This document shows positions 54,401 to 63,918 of a stretch of DNA of 64,000 nucleotides, piece after piece. Numbering within the stretch: position 1 is the stretch's first letter; each line of letters starts with the position of its first letter. The notes beneath the pieces were generated by a model. The model was not told the DNA's origin. It saw only the letters and a list, made by a program, of their open reading frames with translations, and made no database searches. This DNA is from Botryllus schlosseri (lineage: Eukaryota), in assembly GCA_051294905.1 (NCBI GenBank), contig CM119371.1, positions 25,794,001 to 25,858,000 of the forward strand, written 5' to 3'. Both the position numbers and the translations under genes were made by a program.

Positions 54401-55991
54401 ATTGCCGGCATGACCAGTCAAATGATTCCAAAATTATTCGCAAACAACGGAATTTGCAAAAATGTTATAGCTGGACCGCTGAATACAGTTGTTAAATACT
54501 GGATAAAATATGGCCTCTAACGACGATACAAGTTAGCATATTTCTATACCCAGTTGATTCATTCGTGATGTGGCGTTTGTCCTGCGTATGCGTTATGCGT
54601 ACCCTATAGACTTGGAAGTTTGTATTTGATACATTATTGAAAATCACCATTCGGTTTTCTCTGCGAGCCGGTGACCTTTTGAGTCAGAAGTAGCACACCA
54701 GTGCGACCGCATAGATTTGAATTTGGTCTATATTCTTTGTGTAGCGATTATATTATCCATTTCACCTGTATATAACGGTTTAGGATTGGCATTCTCGATT
54801 CACTGAATACCAACATTTAGGCTCAATGAGCACCTTTTTGCCTTCTCTGATTTAGGTATATAAATGCCAGTGACTTGTTTTTAATTGTGACTAACCGCAA
54901 CACTGATCTCGGAAGTATGCGTTGTGACCTATTCACACATTCGACATATGCCGAATATAGGTGGATTATTGTTTTATTAAACTCAAAATCTCAACATTTG
55001 TTAGGAATGTGCTGGATAAAAAGAGCAGTTGTCCATCCACTCGAAACTCGAAATTGCTTCGCGGGTCGGATGAAATCGTCTGTCGCGCCTAATGTTTGAC
55101 ACCCCTGCTATAGGCCGCTCATCACCCGTGCTAAGCGCTATGATTCGCGTACTTACATCCGAATTAAGCATTACTTGTTCTTATTCGAGCCCCTTTTCCA
55201 TTATCAACGAGAACTATGTTTTCGAAACTTTCCCTCAACGTCGCTATATCCCAAAACAACGAATTGTCGCACCGCAGCATCCAAACTTGTAATGCAAGCT
55301 AAGCACGTCGGTGGATAAGATATTTCTATCACATATCTGATGAACCTATATTATTGCAACAAAGCACAATTGAATAGGTATGATGAATAAAATTATTTTG
55401 ATTGTGTTTTTAAAAATTCATACACACATATATATATATTCACGCATATTTCCATATCATCCATAATGTAATGAGGTGATGAGTAGAGTGATGCTCTATT
55501 GCTTAATTCGGAATCGTAACCGGCAAGTAATCTAATTTGCACAACCCTATGTCACCTGCAATGTCGCACTCTGTCGCAGTAATACATGATGTGAAAGCAT
55601 TGACTTTGGTTTCTGCATTCGAAATGACGTTCCCCACATCTTCGTCCTGAAATCTTGTTATGTGAATACCAATAGCTCCGAATTTCGAAGAATCATATTC
55701 TAATCTCGAATAACAGACCAAAATTGTGACAATTTGTAAGCTCCGTGTTCCGCGCGGCCTGGTCAGGGGCTGCCGTATCGGAGAATATGTTTAAAGCAAA
55801 CAGACAAAATATAAATACACGTACACATTTATAGGAAGGATTAGGGCAACTGTATATATAGTAACAGATAATCACACAATGTTGGATTTCTAGAACTATA
55901 GTGAGCGATTATCACACATGCAATAACACTTACCTTGTACGCTTGCAACAGCTATGACTAAGGCGAAGTCCAAAAAATACATAGACGACAT
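6357..55991 (-). CDS. Multi-exon gene encoding a secreted or cell-surface protein: signal peptide plus tandem LDLa-variant 8-Cys repeats; 3' end unresolved. join(complement 55934-55991, 55556-55646, 47910-48046, 47201-47291, 45662-45801, 39850-39940, 39314-39450, 33800-33890, 33270-33406, 29520-29610, 27268-27398, 19528-19621, 6837-6970, 6357-6447)
   Basis: 14 exons with AG/GT boundaries; intron phases alternate 1,2,1,2 consistently; the 1514-nt concatenation has no stop. Each A+B junction rebuilds the LDLa motif C-D/N-x3-x-C-[S/R]-DGSDE. Confidence 0.88.
6837..6970 (-). CDS. Exon B6 DGSDEPHNMTFDNATMCRKKATGLSQVCILPQYLEHDRKRLCRD
   Basis: TTTTTGACAG| acceptor, |GTAAAT donor, 134 nt. Confidence 0.9.
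7344..8067. mobile_element. Non-autonomous hAT element
   Basis: TIRs CAGGGCCGGCCAACC / GGTTGGCCAGCCCTG; perfect TSD CTGTAAAG. Relatives at 16079-16922 and ~28360-28700. Confidence 0.9.
8205..8432 (-). repeat. 3' LTR of the Gypsy element, with PPT at 8433-8446
   Basis: Aligns with 14134-14290 plus 15632-15715. Minus strand reads GGGAGTTGGAGAAG|TG at the boundary. The left boundary is approximate. Confidence 0.8.
11441..12999. mobile_element. Non-autonomous hAT-like element with (CAATTA)n subterminal arrays, inside the Gypsy element
   Basis: TIR CAGAGTTGGATCAATT at both ends; TSD GTGGAGAC/TTGGAGAC. Confidence 0.88.
14293..15628. mobile_element. Non-autonomous TIR element (PIF/Harbinger-like) in the 5' LTR
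   Basis: 18-bp perfect TIR core CGTTTCCATGCACGGCCG (starts 14295, ends 15626), flanked by TTA/TAA-like triplets. The superfamily is inferred. Confidence 0.7.
14612..14950 (+). mobile_element. tRNA-derived SINE (second family)
   Basis: A box AGCGTAATGG, B box GGTTCGATCCC, followed by a non-tRNA body (GACCAAAG...CTTCCCTGCTTGGCGCTCA) and an A-rich end. The 3' boundary is approximate. Confidence 0.7.
15822..17771. mobile_element. Non-autonomous hAT element with (GGAGTC)n subterminal repeats; nested MITE at 16079-16922
   Basis: TIR CAGGGCTGTGGAGTCGG at both ends; perfect TSD GTTTGCAC. Nested element has TSD ATACAGAT/ATATAGAT. Confidence 0.9.
18877..19514. mobile_element. Non-autonomous hAT element next to the exon A6 donor
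   Basis: CAGGGGT..ACCCCTG ends; perfect TSD ATGTAATC. Relative at 54360-55107. Confidence 0.85.
19528..19621 (-). CDS. Exon A6 INCSASEFECRDPSRRCIRAKEFCNGRKEC
   Basis: CATTTCAG| acceptor, CAG|GTACCG donor, 94 nt (one extra codon). Confidence 0.87.
19670..19918 (+). mobile_element. 5'-truncated SINE related to 1810-2122, with a (TAA)-rich tail
   Basis: Shares CTCATCGCCGATC.CGCTGT....CAGCG, ACTCAACT and GCGCA..AAGCGCCAA with the 1810 SINE. Confidence 0.65.
19919..23730 (+). mobile_element. 3' fragment of an R4/Dong-like non-LTR retrotransposon (restriction-like endonuclease), split by a hAT insertion
   Basis: Joining 19921-20120 with 23297 onward gives RSDRPDMII..FIELAVPADNNI..EKQSKYAEL..W..IVPIVILATG..(stop)..IQKIKLLGTVHILRKVL. 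The 3' UTR to ~23730 matches 53300-53600. Confidence 0.85.
20121..23288. mobile_element. hAT element with nested MITEs (20137-20633; 21486-22622, which contains ~21793-22250)
   Basis: TIR TAGGGATGGTG / CACCATCCCTA; perfect TSD ATGAACAT. Nested TSDs GTGGGAAC/GTGTGAAC and GTCTAATT (perfect). Confidence 0.88.
24557..25466 (+). mobile_element. hAT deletion derivative retaining an N-terminal zinc-finger ORF (25090-25356, CGGBP1-like)
   Basis: TIR TAGGGCCATTT / AAATGGCCCTG; perfect TSD CTAATAAC; AAAGTCATA subterminal repeats; ORF MPKV...CHICSC...HLATLKH. Confidence 0.82.
26333..27204. mobile_element. Non-autonomous hAT element
   Basis: GGTGTCAAAC / GTTTGACACC TIR cores; perfect TSD CTCCACAG. Confidence 0.85.
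27268..27398 (-). CDS. Exon B5 DGSDEPYPLNEDDSTLCRRRSGNSRLCILPPELQHKRKYLCRS
   Basis: CCTTGCTAG| acceptor, CAG|GTAGGT donor, 131 nt. Confidence 0.9.
28919..29434. mobile_element. hAT MITE of the TAGGGCTGGGCA family; other copies at ~34725-35172, ~40785-41235, 44203-44715, ~44802-45295 and a fragment at 36922-36976
   Basis: Perfect TIRs and TSD ATCATAAG; the empty site is visible in duplicate copy 2 at ~37513. Confidence 0.92.
29520..29610 (-). CDS. Exon A5 IKCSDEQLECRDGPRCLRFAQFCDGSIDC
   Basis: CTTTCTGTCAAG| acceptor, CAG|GTACAC donor, 91 nt. Confidence 0.87.
29769..30704. mobile_element. hAT MITE with GACTT/GACTCGAGTC arrays; second copy 30941-32440 with a nested fragment ~31520-32068
   Basis: TIR CAGTGTTGGGAT at both ends; perfect TSD TTTCAAAC. 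Confidence 0.88.
33270..33406 (-). CDS. Exon B4 DGSDEPYATYGDNGTLCRRVKYSKPGLLCILPLSLRHIRHDLCSD
   Basis: TTTTTCTAG| acceptor, |GTAAGT donor, 137 nt; visible inside ORF 33133..33483. Confidence 0.9.
33800..33890 (-). CDS. Exon A4 IHCSMEEFQCSDGSRCIDPRRFCDGYKDC
   Basis: TTTCTACAG| acceptor, CAG|GTATTG donor, 91 nt. Confidence 0.9.
35438..36398. mobile_element. Non-autonomous TIR element with TA TSD (Tc1/mariner-superfamily-like); second copy 41898-42861
   Basis: TIR GGGGAGATGTGGTACCGATGGATCA with TA flanks; empty site in copy 2 near 41498. Confidence 0.85.
37600..37665 (-). pseudogene. Truncated pseudo-exon, paralogue of A5 (ECRDGSKCLLVAQFCDGSNDC), acceptor and first ~25 nt deleted
   Basis: Aligns to 29520-29585, then jumps to sequence matching 31101 onward. 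Donor CAG|GTACAC is retained. The nearest upstream AG gives a stop in either useful frame. Confidence 0.85.
39314..39450 (-). CDS. Exon B3 DGSDEPYATYGDNGTLCRRVNGFGPGLLCILPLSLRHIRHDLCSD
   Basis: TTTTTCAAG| acceptor, |GTAAGT donor, 137 nt. Confidence 0.87.
39850..39940 (-). CDS. Exon A3 IHCSKEEFQCSDGSRCIDAERFCDGYKGC
   Basis: TTTCCATAG| acceptor, CAG|GTATTG donor, 91 nt. Confidence 0.88.
41848..44020. mobile_element. hAT-like element with AAGTA(G) arrays, specific to duplicate copy 2
   Basis: TIR CAGAGGTGGTCA / TGACCACCTTTG; imperfect TSD TTTACTAT/TTTTATAT; empty site in copy 1 near 36745. Confidence 0.8.
45662..45801 (-). CDS. Exon B2 DGSDETQYATFDNSNQTLCRGKSTRGASLCILPLHLEHERMKLCRI
   Basis: TTGACAG| acceptor, |GTAAAT donor, 140 nt. 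Confidence 0.9.
46293..46716. mobile_element. hAT MITE
   Basis: CAGGGTTG / CAACCCTG ends; TSD GTTGCATC/GTTTCATC. Confidence 0.8.
47201..47291 (-). CDS. Exon A2 LKCAEEDFECSDGSGCIPASYFCDGDRDC
   Basis: CTTCTCTAG| acceptor, CAG|GTAACC donor, 91 nt, near-canonical LDLa sequence. Confidence 0.92.
47910..48046 (-). CDS. Exon B1 DGSDERYASEHDSNDGRLCRRSKYPHVLCILPPELQKRRNTLCKA
   Basis: TTTTTTGTCAG| acceptor, |GTAATT donor, 137 nt, phase 2-1. Confidence 0.9.
48245..49513. mobile_element. Non-autonomous hAT element with nested MITE 48519-48792
   Basis: TGGGCAA / TTGCCCA TIR cores; perfect TSD CATTAGGC. Nested TIR CAGTGGTTCTC. Confidence 0.8.
49680..49850 (+). mobile_element. RNase H C-terminal fragment of an I-group LINE
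   Basis: IPGNEKADELAR...WQ matches the GNE.AD.LA motif of non-LTR RNase H domains. Confidence 0.7.
52760..53275 (+). mobile_element. 3' fragment of an I-group (I/Nimb/Loa-like) LINE with CCHC finger and TAA tail
   Basis: FRLRSGH...LFRIG..DSPMCEEC..ETVEHFLISC; short 3' UTR ending (TAA)n. Confidence 0.85.
53277..53600 (+). mobile_element. 3' UTR fragment(s) of the R4/Dong-like element
   Basis: Aligns with 23439-23730, including CCTTTGGG.CAGGTTGCT.CCCGGATTATGTGTGT and AATAAAGAATA. Confidence 0.8.
55556..55646 (-). CDS. Exon A1, LDLa N-part RRCGERHFECRNQSQCFHIMYYCDRVRHC
   Basis: TTTCAG| acceptor, CAG|GTGAC donor, 91 nt, five Cys with LDLa spacing. Confidence 0.85.
55934..55991 (-). CDS. Exon 1, signal peptide MSSMYFLDFALVIAVASVQ(G)
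   Basis: ATG, hydrophobic core, V-Q-G cleavage-type site, consensus donor AAG|GTAAGT, phase 1 matching exon A1. Confidence 0.8.
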
Positions 55992-57503
55992 CACTGTGTG
56001 AAACGAACGCTGGTGACGTCACAGAGAGGTTATAGGAGACGAAAAACCCAGAAGATGGGGCTTGGTCAGAAAAATATCTATAGACCGTAATACAACTGGC
56101 GGTTAAGAGGTTGTTACAATCTGTAATAATTTCTTCGTTGTTATACCGTAAAAGCACATCTAGATGTTGAAATGCACATTTGTTGATAGTAGCGTTAGCC
56201 AATGCTTCGTTATTATATTTCCAATAACCAATGTTTATTGCGTACTTAAAATTTGATAAAGAGCTTATGTTATCTGCATGCAATATTTGACAAAATGTTT
56301 GGTGGTATAGTATAGTCAGAGGTAATGCTAGTCTAATTCACTACGGGAGAATACGTCCAAATCCGCAGTTTACAAAACGTGTGTAGTGGATTTCACCTTT
56401 AAGTTAACATTAGCTAATTCGCCCACTTCGAAGAGCTTTTGATTATTTCCTTCTACGGAAATTGTTCAAATACAATATGAAACAGTATGACCTCTTGAAT
56501 TATCAATCCACGTTACCTTACACGTCAGGGGAATGTTTGCTCAAAAGTAAGGTTTTGGAAATTTGTTCATAGCTTTCGATTAAAATTTCCCAATTATGCT
56601 GCCGACGCCAGGTATGATACTTGACTGTCATAGATAATCGGAACACCGGTTACCTACGAAATTGCACCTGAATATTTCAGACAGATCACATACTATGCCA
56701 TGAGTAATAAGATAAATTTAAATTTTTTCTATACATACGCGATATACGATGATTCAGTGCAAAACATGATCTTAATAATCCCACACAAAATAATAGAACT
56801 GTGTGCGACGTTCTAAAACTTCGCAATCAATCGTTTCTGCATTGAACACTACCTTAAAACATATCAAAAATCATATCTGAATGATTCCTCAAATAATCCT
56901 ACCTAAATATAGCCGGACTGGCTCAGTGAAACCGAAACTCCAGCATCAGATGGAAATCTTGAGAAAATAGCTTACCCCTTGCCATTATAAATAAATTAAA
57001 TACAAATAAATGAGAAGGCATAAATCAAATCCGGCCACTTCTGGCAACGCGCTAATATTGAAATATGTAGGGCCTGCGCAAGATCTAATGGTTCGCGATT
57101 CCAGACGCATTTATTTCAAATTCATACCTAACAAAGGCGTAAACATCTCCCTTTGCTTTGAGGATGTGACCATTGATAAAAATTAATCAGTGATCAAGTT
57201 ACAATACATTGAACAAGGGCAGGAATTTTGTGGGACATGAATTCGAGTTTTCCACAAAGCACTATTCTATTCACAAAATCGTTTAGAAACCAAGCAAGAC
57301 GCATAGACGCATAGCTTGCATTTTACCAATAACAATGGACCATTGCAGTGGCATTGACCAGCTACGGAACCTATGCGAATTAGCACAATACATGGCTTGA
57401 TATTCCAGATGTCAAACTATTGAAAGAACGGAAGAAGTGTTATAGTACAATACACGGATGCTATATTTCCAAACAGTAACATTCGTGAATGCAATCTATA
57501 GAC

Positions 57504-58836
57504 CAGTGGTTCTCAACCTTTTTGGCCTCGCGGACCCCTTTTGACCGTCACGGACCCTCGCGGACCCCCTCAAGTTTTAGTACAATTTTAGCTCTGTTAT
57601 GATGCAACCTTCATCTGTCTTGTGAAAATATGAACTGTAGGCTTGTGATAAACAGCAAAATAATGATTTTTCTTGAAGATAACATCATACTATTTATGTA
57701 GAAATTGGTGGACTTTTATTATTTCAAAGCTAATATTGCAGCGGTATTTCTTGAAGTACGTGGTCGTGTCTTGAAAATCCACGGCTTTGTTTTGATATGA
57801 ACGAGGAGTGCCGAAAACCATTTCCGCAAAGATAGATGGAGGCTAATGCAATATTAACGCATAACGCTTCCGACGATACTTTTGGTGTGATCGCAACATT
57901 TATGGCACCAAAATGAAGAAACACATATTTTATGAACACATCACGTCCAGCATCTAGCGCAGGGACGGGAAACATACGGACCGCTGGCCTAATTCGGCCT
58001 GCAACGGCATTTTCATCGGCCCGCAGAGAGTTTCTACCGTCAAAGTGAAATCCTAATCTAAAAGTATAGACAAATTTTATGCTCCAAAGAATGGATCCAA
58101 GTTTTCCTACCAGAGAAAGACTGTCATGAAACGATTTGTTCTGTTCGGGTATACATATATATTTACGAGCAAACATTTTCGACCATGAACAATTGAACAT
58201 TAACAAGACAAGGCTGCATACCAATATAACTTGTGATATGAATTTCTGGGTTGGAGTGTAATGCTTTGATAGCAACGAAACACTCCTTGTTCATGAAAAA
58301 ATCAGCCTTGTCGATAGGGAATCCGCAATAAGAATGCTCAAAATCTGATTGCCGAGCTCTAAGAGCAGGTTTATCATTGTCCGATTTATGACGAGTGTCA
58401 GCCGAAAGTATTCGGGTCCATATCAATATGAATATGCTATTCAATTGTATATTAAACTTCTGTACCTCCAAGAAGCTGTTCCCTGCATTGCGACAAATTA
58501 TGGAAATACTTCGGAAATTTTTATTTCAAACGACTGTTCAAACGACTGCTAACTTCATATCGAAAAGGTTCCGCAGACATTACGAAGTCACCCTGATTGA
58601 CGTTACTATCTCCATATTTTTATTTTTTCCACAAACCCCAACAAAACAACATTTTGATGATATGAGTCATGAGGTTTCAGCAGTTGTGGTGCGAAACTGC
58701 TTCATGCTTTCTCAAATTAAAAAATAGAATAAAAATTAGGTTATCAACCATTCTAAAACTTTAGAGGTCTCGCGGACCCCCTGAAATTGCTTCGCGGACC
58801 CCCAGGGGTCCGCGGACCCCTGGTTGAGAACCGCTG
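57504..58836. mobile_element. Non-autonomous hAT (Charlie-like) element with a nested fragment ~57960-58550
   Basis: TIR CAGTGGTTCTCAACC / GGTTGAGAACCGCTG; CGCGGACCCC repeats; perfect TSD CTATAGAC. Confidence 0.9.
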
Positions 58837-59099
58837 CTATAGACTATACACCAACTTCTCATTGATTTCATAAAGCTCATATCTTAAGTTTGAATTTGAC
58901 TAAGGGTGCCTATATATGCTACATATGGACCAACAGCTAAAACAAATACAATTTAAATTTAGTAACTTAACGATCCACTTCTGTCTATTCCACCCTATAA
59001 TTATATTGATTTTAACAGGACGTCAGCGTGATATCTTTTACATGCTGTAAAATAAACGAACATGGACAATGTATCGTAATCTAAACAGCATGAAACAAA

Positions 59100-59350
59100 G
59101 TGGCGAAATGGCGAAGTGGTATGATCTACAGTTTCAGAACCGATGGGTGAGGTCGAAAAAGGTCGACTCCCTAAATCCTACCATGTGTAGGCTTATCTGG
59201 GCTCCTCCTCGCCGTCTTATCCGCGTCAGTGGCGTCTTATAAGATGCCTAGCACATACAGAATCACATTAAAAAATATCGGCCTGCTGTAAATAGCCATT
59301 GTAGTAGAAAACGCAGTAATTACCATTAAAAACAACAAGAACCACACCAA
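59100..59350 (+). mobile_element. Diverged SINE sharing a core with 1810-2122
   Basis: TTATCTGGGCTCCTC.TCGCCG core, degraded tRNA-like head, AAC-rich tail. Confidence 0.5.
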
Positions 59351-62300
59351 ACATTAACTGATATTGTTAATTTATCTACTTGAAGCTTTATAATACAGAC
59401 TGTCATCGGTGACGAACTAACAGTTACCATTGCGAACCGCGACCTCTTCTACGTAAGCCACAGGACGCCACGTATCACCACAATTACAGTTACATACAGA
59501 TCGTGGGTAATTCCCTGAAGGAAATGAGGGCCAAGGTTGGCGTATCATCAAGAATCGTATGAGTAAGATGTGTGTCTTGACCTGCGGCAAACTGGCAGCA
59601 CTTTTCATGTGATCACACAAAAAATCATATTTGAAATTTCCAAGTCAGCTTTACTTTCTTTTTTGCATTGTAATATAAGTGTTACTTGTGTACTCGAGTT
59701 TATTACTCGGATGGAATTCGAACATACCAGGTACTCGATCTGGTCCAGGCTTAATTATGACATTAAATCAAACCAAATTGGTAAATATTCACGGTAGTTA
59801 TTTACAAACCAGAGCTAAATCGACGAAAGTAGTACTATATAGTTTGAAATTTTTAGATAAAAGCGTTGACATAAATAAGGGTTGGTGATCAAAATACTTA
59901 TCAGTGCTGGATTCACAACTACTAAACCGTTGTGTCTTCGATGAGTAAAATAATGGTATTTGGTAAAATGTTCATTTCGAATCTTCAGTTCTGTTTTCCA
60001 GTGCTACGCTGTTCATCAAGTTTTCATAAAATACATTTTCGCATGAGGCATATGCGCATGAGGCATATGCATTTACGCTGGTATCTGATTTCTATAGAAC
60101 TATTAATTAGTGGCAATCGCTATTTCCTCGTGTGACTTGCTTTTATGCGTAATCGAGTGTTCCGCGATCTGCCCCAACTAATGTCTATCTGTTATCTGAA
60201 ATCAATCATATTTACGAGCGATGGCAGTTGCTTGGGTTCAGCAGCATTGGATTCGCATTGGAGCTTCGTTGTATTTAATAACAATTTCCTACAACGGCAT
60301 ACAGATACAACTAAACAATAAAACGTATGGCTCGTGATATCTAAGGGATGAATAGAATTTCCTATGCGTTGCTGTTGTTACTGTTCGTGGTATTCATCAG
60401 GGCATGGTATGGTATGGAATGGGAATTTTCCATACTCCATACCCGCTCAATCGCTCCATACCATACTTGACAATTTTCCATACCATAGCAACATTCTTCC
60501 ATATCATATTTGATACTTTTTTCATACCTCCGCAACTAGCCCAATTTCTCAAGCGATATTCTATGATAATGTGTAGAAATGTTCCGGCGTTTATATTCTA
60601 ATTATTTTAGATGAAATTATTGACTTAAACAGGCCTGATGCACCAAACCAATAGTATCCTCCGTTTACTTATATCATATGTCGGCAGCGATGTAGGTTGC
60701 CTAATCATCGAAGACAGGACATATAGCCTAATATATAGGCCTACACACGGGATTATTTGGGAATCACAACAGAATCTTACGACATGTAAATCTAGTGTGG
60801 TAACGTACTGCTAGCTGAAACATAATCTACAACATTACATGGAACAAAGGTATCGTCAAATTATAAAATAGCTTCCAAATCTTTTATCTTCACTCAACAC
60901 AACCTGACATCGATATTTCCGCCTTTTAAAGTCGCTCCTCAAATAAAATTTGGTGAGGCTTTGGTTTGTCAAGACTTTGCTATTGGGGAAAGTTAAGACC
61001 CGGCGAATTGAACAGCACGCAATAAGATTAATGAGCAATGAACTGGTAACCGTAAACGCAATATTGGGCCTCCGTAAAATGTGTATGTCAGGTAAACCGA
61101 CAGAAAAATGGTAAGGATTTGCAATTTTTCCAAATGTATCAAGGTAGCATCAATTTACTTGCGTAAATGCCGAATATAATGCATGGGTCGGATAAACTTC
61201 CTGGTATTGATGAACTTATGTGTATGGTAGATATAAGCCGCCATAAGCTACACTTTAGCACGCTACCATTACTCGAACATAAAAAAATGTGATCTTTCAT
61301 CAATAACTAGTCCGGCTACGCTATCAATTAGCGATTACACGATCTCCCGTGAGTACATGTTCATAACCATATAAACTCTTATCATAATGAATCAGGTGGT
61401 TTAAACCACACCATTTCGCATACGAATGAATATCAACCTAAATGAGGAAGATCGCGTGCCGCTGTCCACAATCGGTTCTCGTTTTTTATAGAAGAAACCA
61501 CATTTCACGTCAAAATTTAGGATTCATGACGTCATGGCTACAAGAACCAATGAAAAACAATGAAAGCATGTTTTAAACAAGGGTAATTGATTCAAATGCA
61601 ATCCTACACTATTATACTTACTCAAATGATACATTTTTGAATATTCTTAGTTGACTGCACAGTAGAAAATTGTTTGGGGATATGCTTCCATTTCGGTTTT
61701 GAGTAAAAATGTAATACAGACTGGACGAAATGCATTCAAGTAAGTAGGATGACAATATTCTGTGATGAGACATAGTTTAATTAATTTGGATATGACCGCG
61801 GATATCCGTGCGGCCGCAATTAAGATTTGCCTGTGACAAGCTACCGTGTAATGTATCAACAAAAATTGCATAATTTCGTTCATTCACAATTCATTTTGCC
61901 TTGGTCACAAATATGCACCCTGCAGTTACATCTGGTTAACTGCTAGAAGTATCCGACCCCTCGATCAAATCTACCGTTTCAACCTACCTATTTGATTACT
62001 TTTCTGATCGTCATTTTCGACATCCACTTGATATAGTCGTCATATACCTAGTAAATCGCGACTTCTGCCTGTAATTGAGTGTAATTGAGCGTCAGTTCTA
62101 CTTCTACGTGATTACAAACGACCACTACTTCGAACATGTCTGGCCGGAGGGCGGCAATAGATGACAGATAATGAAACGTGGCGCTGGTCATAGCTGCCAT
62201 AGGGAAATATTATCCTTTGCATCACATAAGCTCGAATTTTTATGTTGTTGAAAATCTGTACCAACCGGGATGTATCAGCATGAACGCAGCTTTCTGCAAC

Positions 62301-63059
62301 TTCCGCATTGACCACGTAGGAGTACAATTCGTGGCTCATGACCTATAGCAGTGGTCGGGAACCTTTTTTGTCCGAAGATCCATATCGGCCCTATATTTTC
62401 CATCTTAACTCCCAAAGAGCCAGGCATGCAAATATGCTGCTACGTCACAATTAAAAATCCGCGACGTCATGGTAGCACTAATTCGAACTCACTACATGGG
62501 ATTTGTCGAGTGCGCCACATTTTCCCCGAAAATACTGGTATTTTTACTATTCGAAAATATAGCTCGAAACGAGAGTTAAGGTTCAGACGGGCCAAGAATC
62601 ACTATTCTTGACGCAATCCATCGAAAATAGCTTAGAATTTATTGCAACTGATGATTATCAAATGTAGTTGTCACACTAATTTCGAGAATTTAAATACTGT
62701 TCGACTTCTCAATTCCCGGCGGTATCATAACGTTGCACCGCACGGCTACATTTTATCGCCGGTACTACAGAGCTATACTTGCCAATCAAGGACGTGGATA
62801 GCTATGGCGTTGTTTGTAATTCGAGTTTGTAATTGTGAATGTCACGTCCACGGCAGTTTATTTCGCACCGTAGATCAGGATGACAATGTGTATTCGAAAA
62901 CTGCATTGTGATATGGGTTTTACCAGCATGTCTGCTATGCTGTTAGATTATAATTAACAACGAGTCGCACAATCCAAGATTTCGAGTCTGGTATATAAAA
63001 TTCGCGACAGATATTGGTCGCCGGCGCGACAGTAACTTAAATTTGAGGATATTCAAAAG

Positions 63060-63918
63060 CAGGGGCGGGCAACTTCTCCAGTCGGCGGGCCGGATATAGG
63101 AAAATTAAGTACTTGGCGGGCCGGATTGCAGAATCGATACATTTTTCGCCCATTTATCCACATATACAAGGAATAAATCGTATTTAATGAATATATTTTA
63201 ACGACAGCAATGTCACTTCACAGCCATTTCTCGGCCATAATGACGAAGACAATGCGGATTTGAGAATAGCGTTGTCATACAGGCGACACCATGTCTGGTT
63301 CTCTCTGATCAATCAACACACGGTGCAATCCTTAATTAAGATTTCAAGGGGTTCGATAAGTCCAGTACCCCAAATTTACAAAGATACCAATTCATTAGGG
63401 TTGAGTAGGTGACGCCGCCGGTGACGGGATAGCGTCGTTGTTCAAGTGCGTGGCTTAATTAATCTCGATATTGAATTCATGCGGCCTGCGTCCCCTACGA
63501 AATTTTGATAGTGGCCAGTGACCCGTTTTGAGTTGGCAACCACTGGCATAAGCGGTGTCTCACAAAAGCCGAGAAGTGTGCCGTGCTACATGTCGGCAGT
63601 TACGGAATCAAAAATAAGAAACATCAGCCTGGTGTAAGTGACCATTGTAGTCGACAAACACCATGATTACCACAAACGACATTAGGGTTGAGTACATCGT
63701 AAATGCCGATAATGTATTCTCGCTTCGACGAACTTACGTGTATAATCTCCACTCTCGCACGCTGCGCAATGCGCATACACGTATGCATATAATAACATAC
63801 AGTCACCAAAATTGGACCTAGCAAGCAAGTAGTGGGGAATCTCGGCAGACCGGGGCCGCGGGCCACATTATCATGTAAGATGGAAAGCAGGCCGCGGGCC
63901 GTATGTTGCCCACCCCTG
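63060..63918. mobile_element. Non-autonomous hAT element
   Basis: TIR CAGGGGCGGGCAAC / GTTGCCCACCCCTG; perfect TSD TTCAAAAG. Confidence 0.88.

Noticed and set aside
55930..56283. 117-aa ORF with CUB-like 'FSD...GF..Y' words
   Set aside because: A different frame from the signal-peptide exon. Only the signal-peptide frame gives the phase-1 donor that joins exon A1.
62270..62342. Minus-strand peptide GHEPRIVLLRGQCGSCRKLRSC-stop after an AG
   Set aside because: Short, its acceptor abuts a MITE end, and there are no supporting exons.
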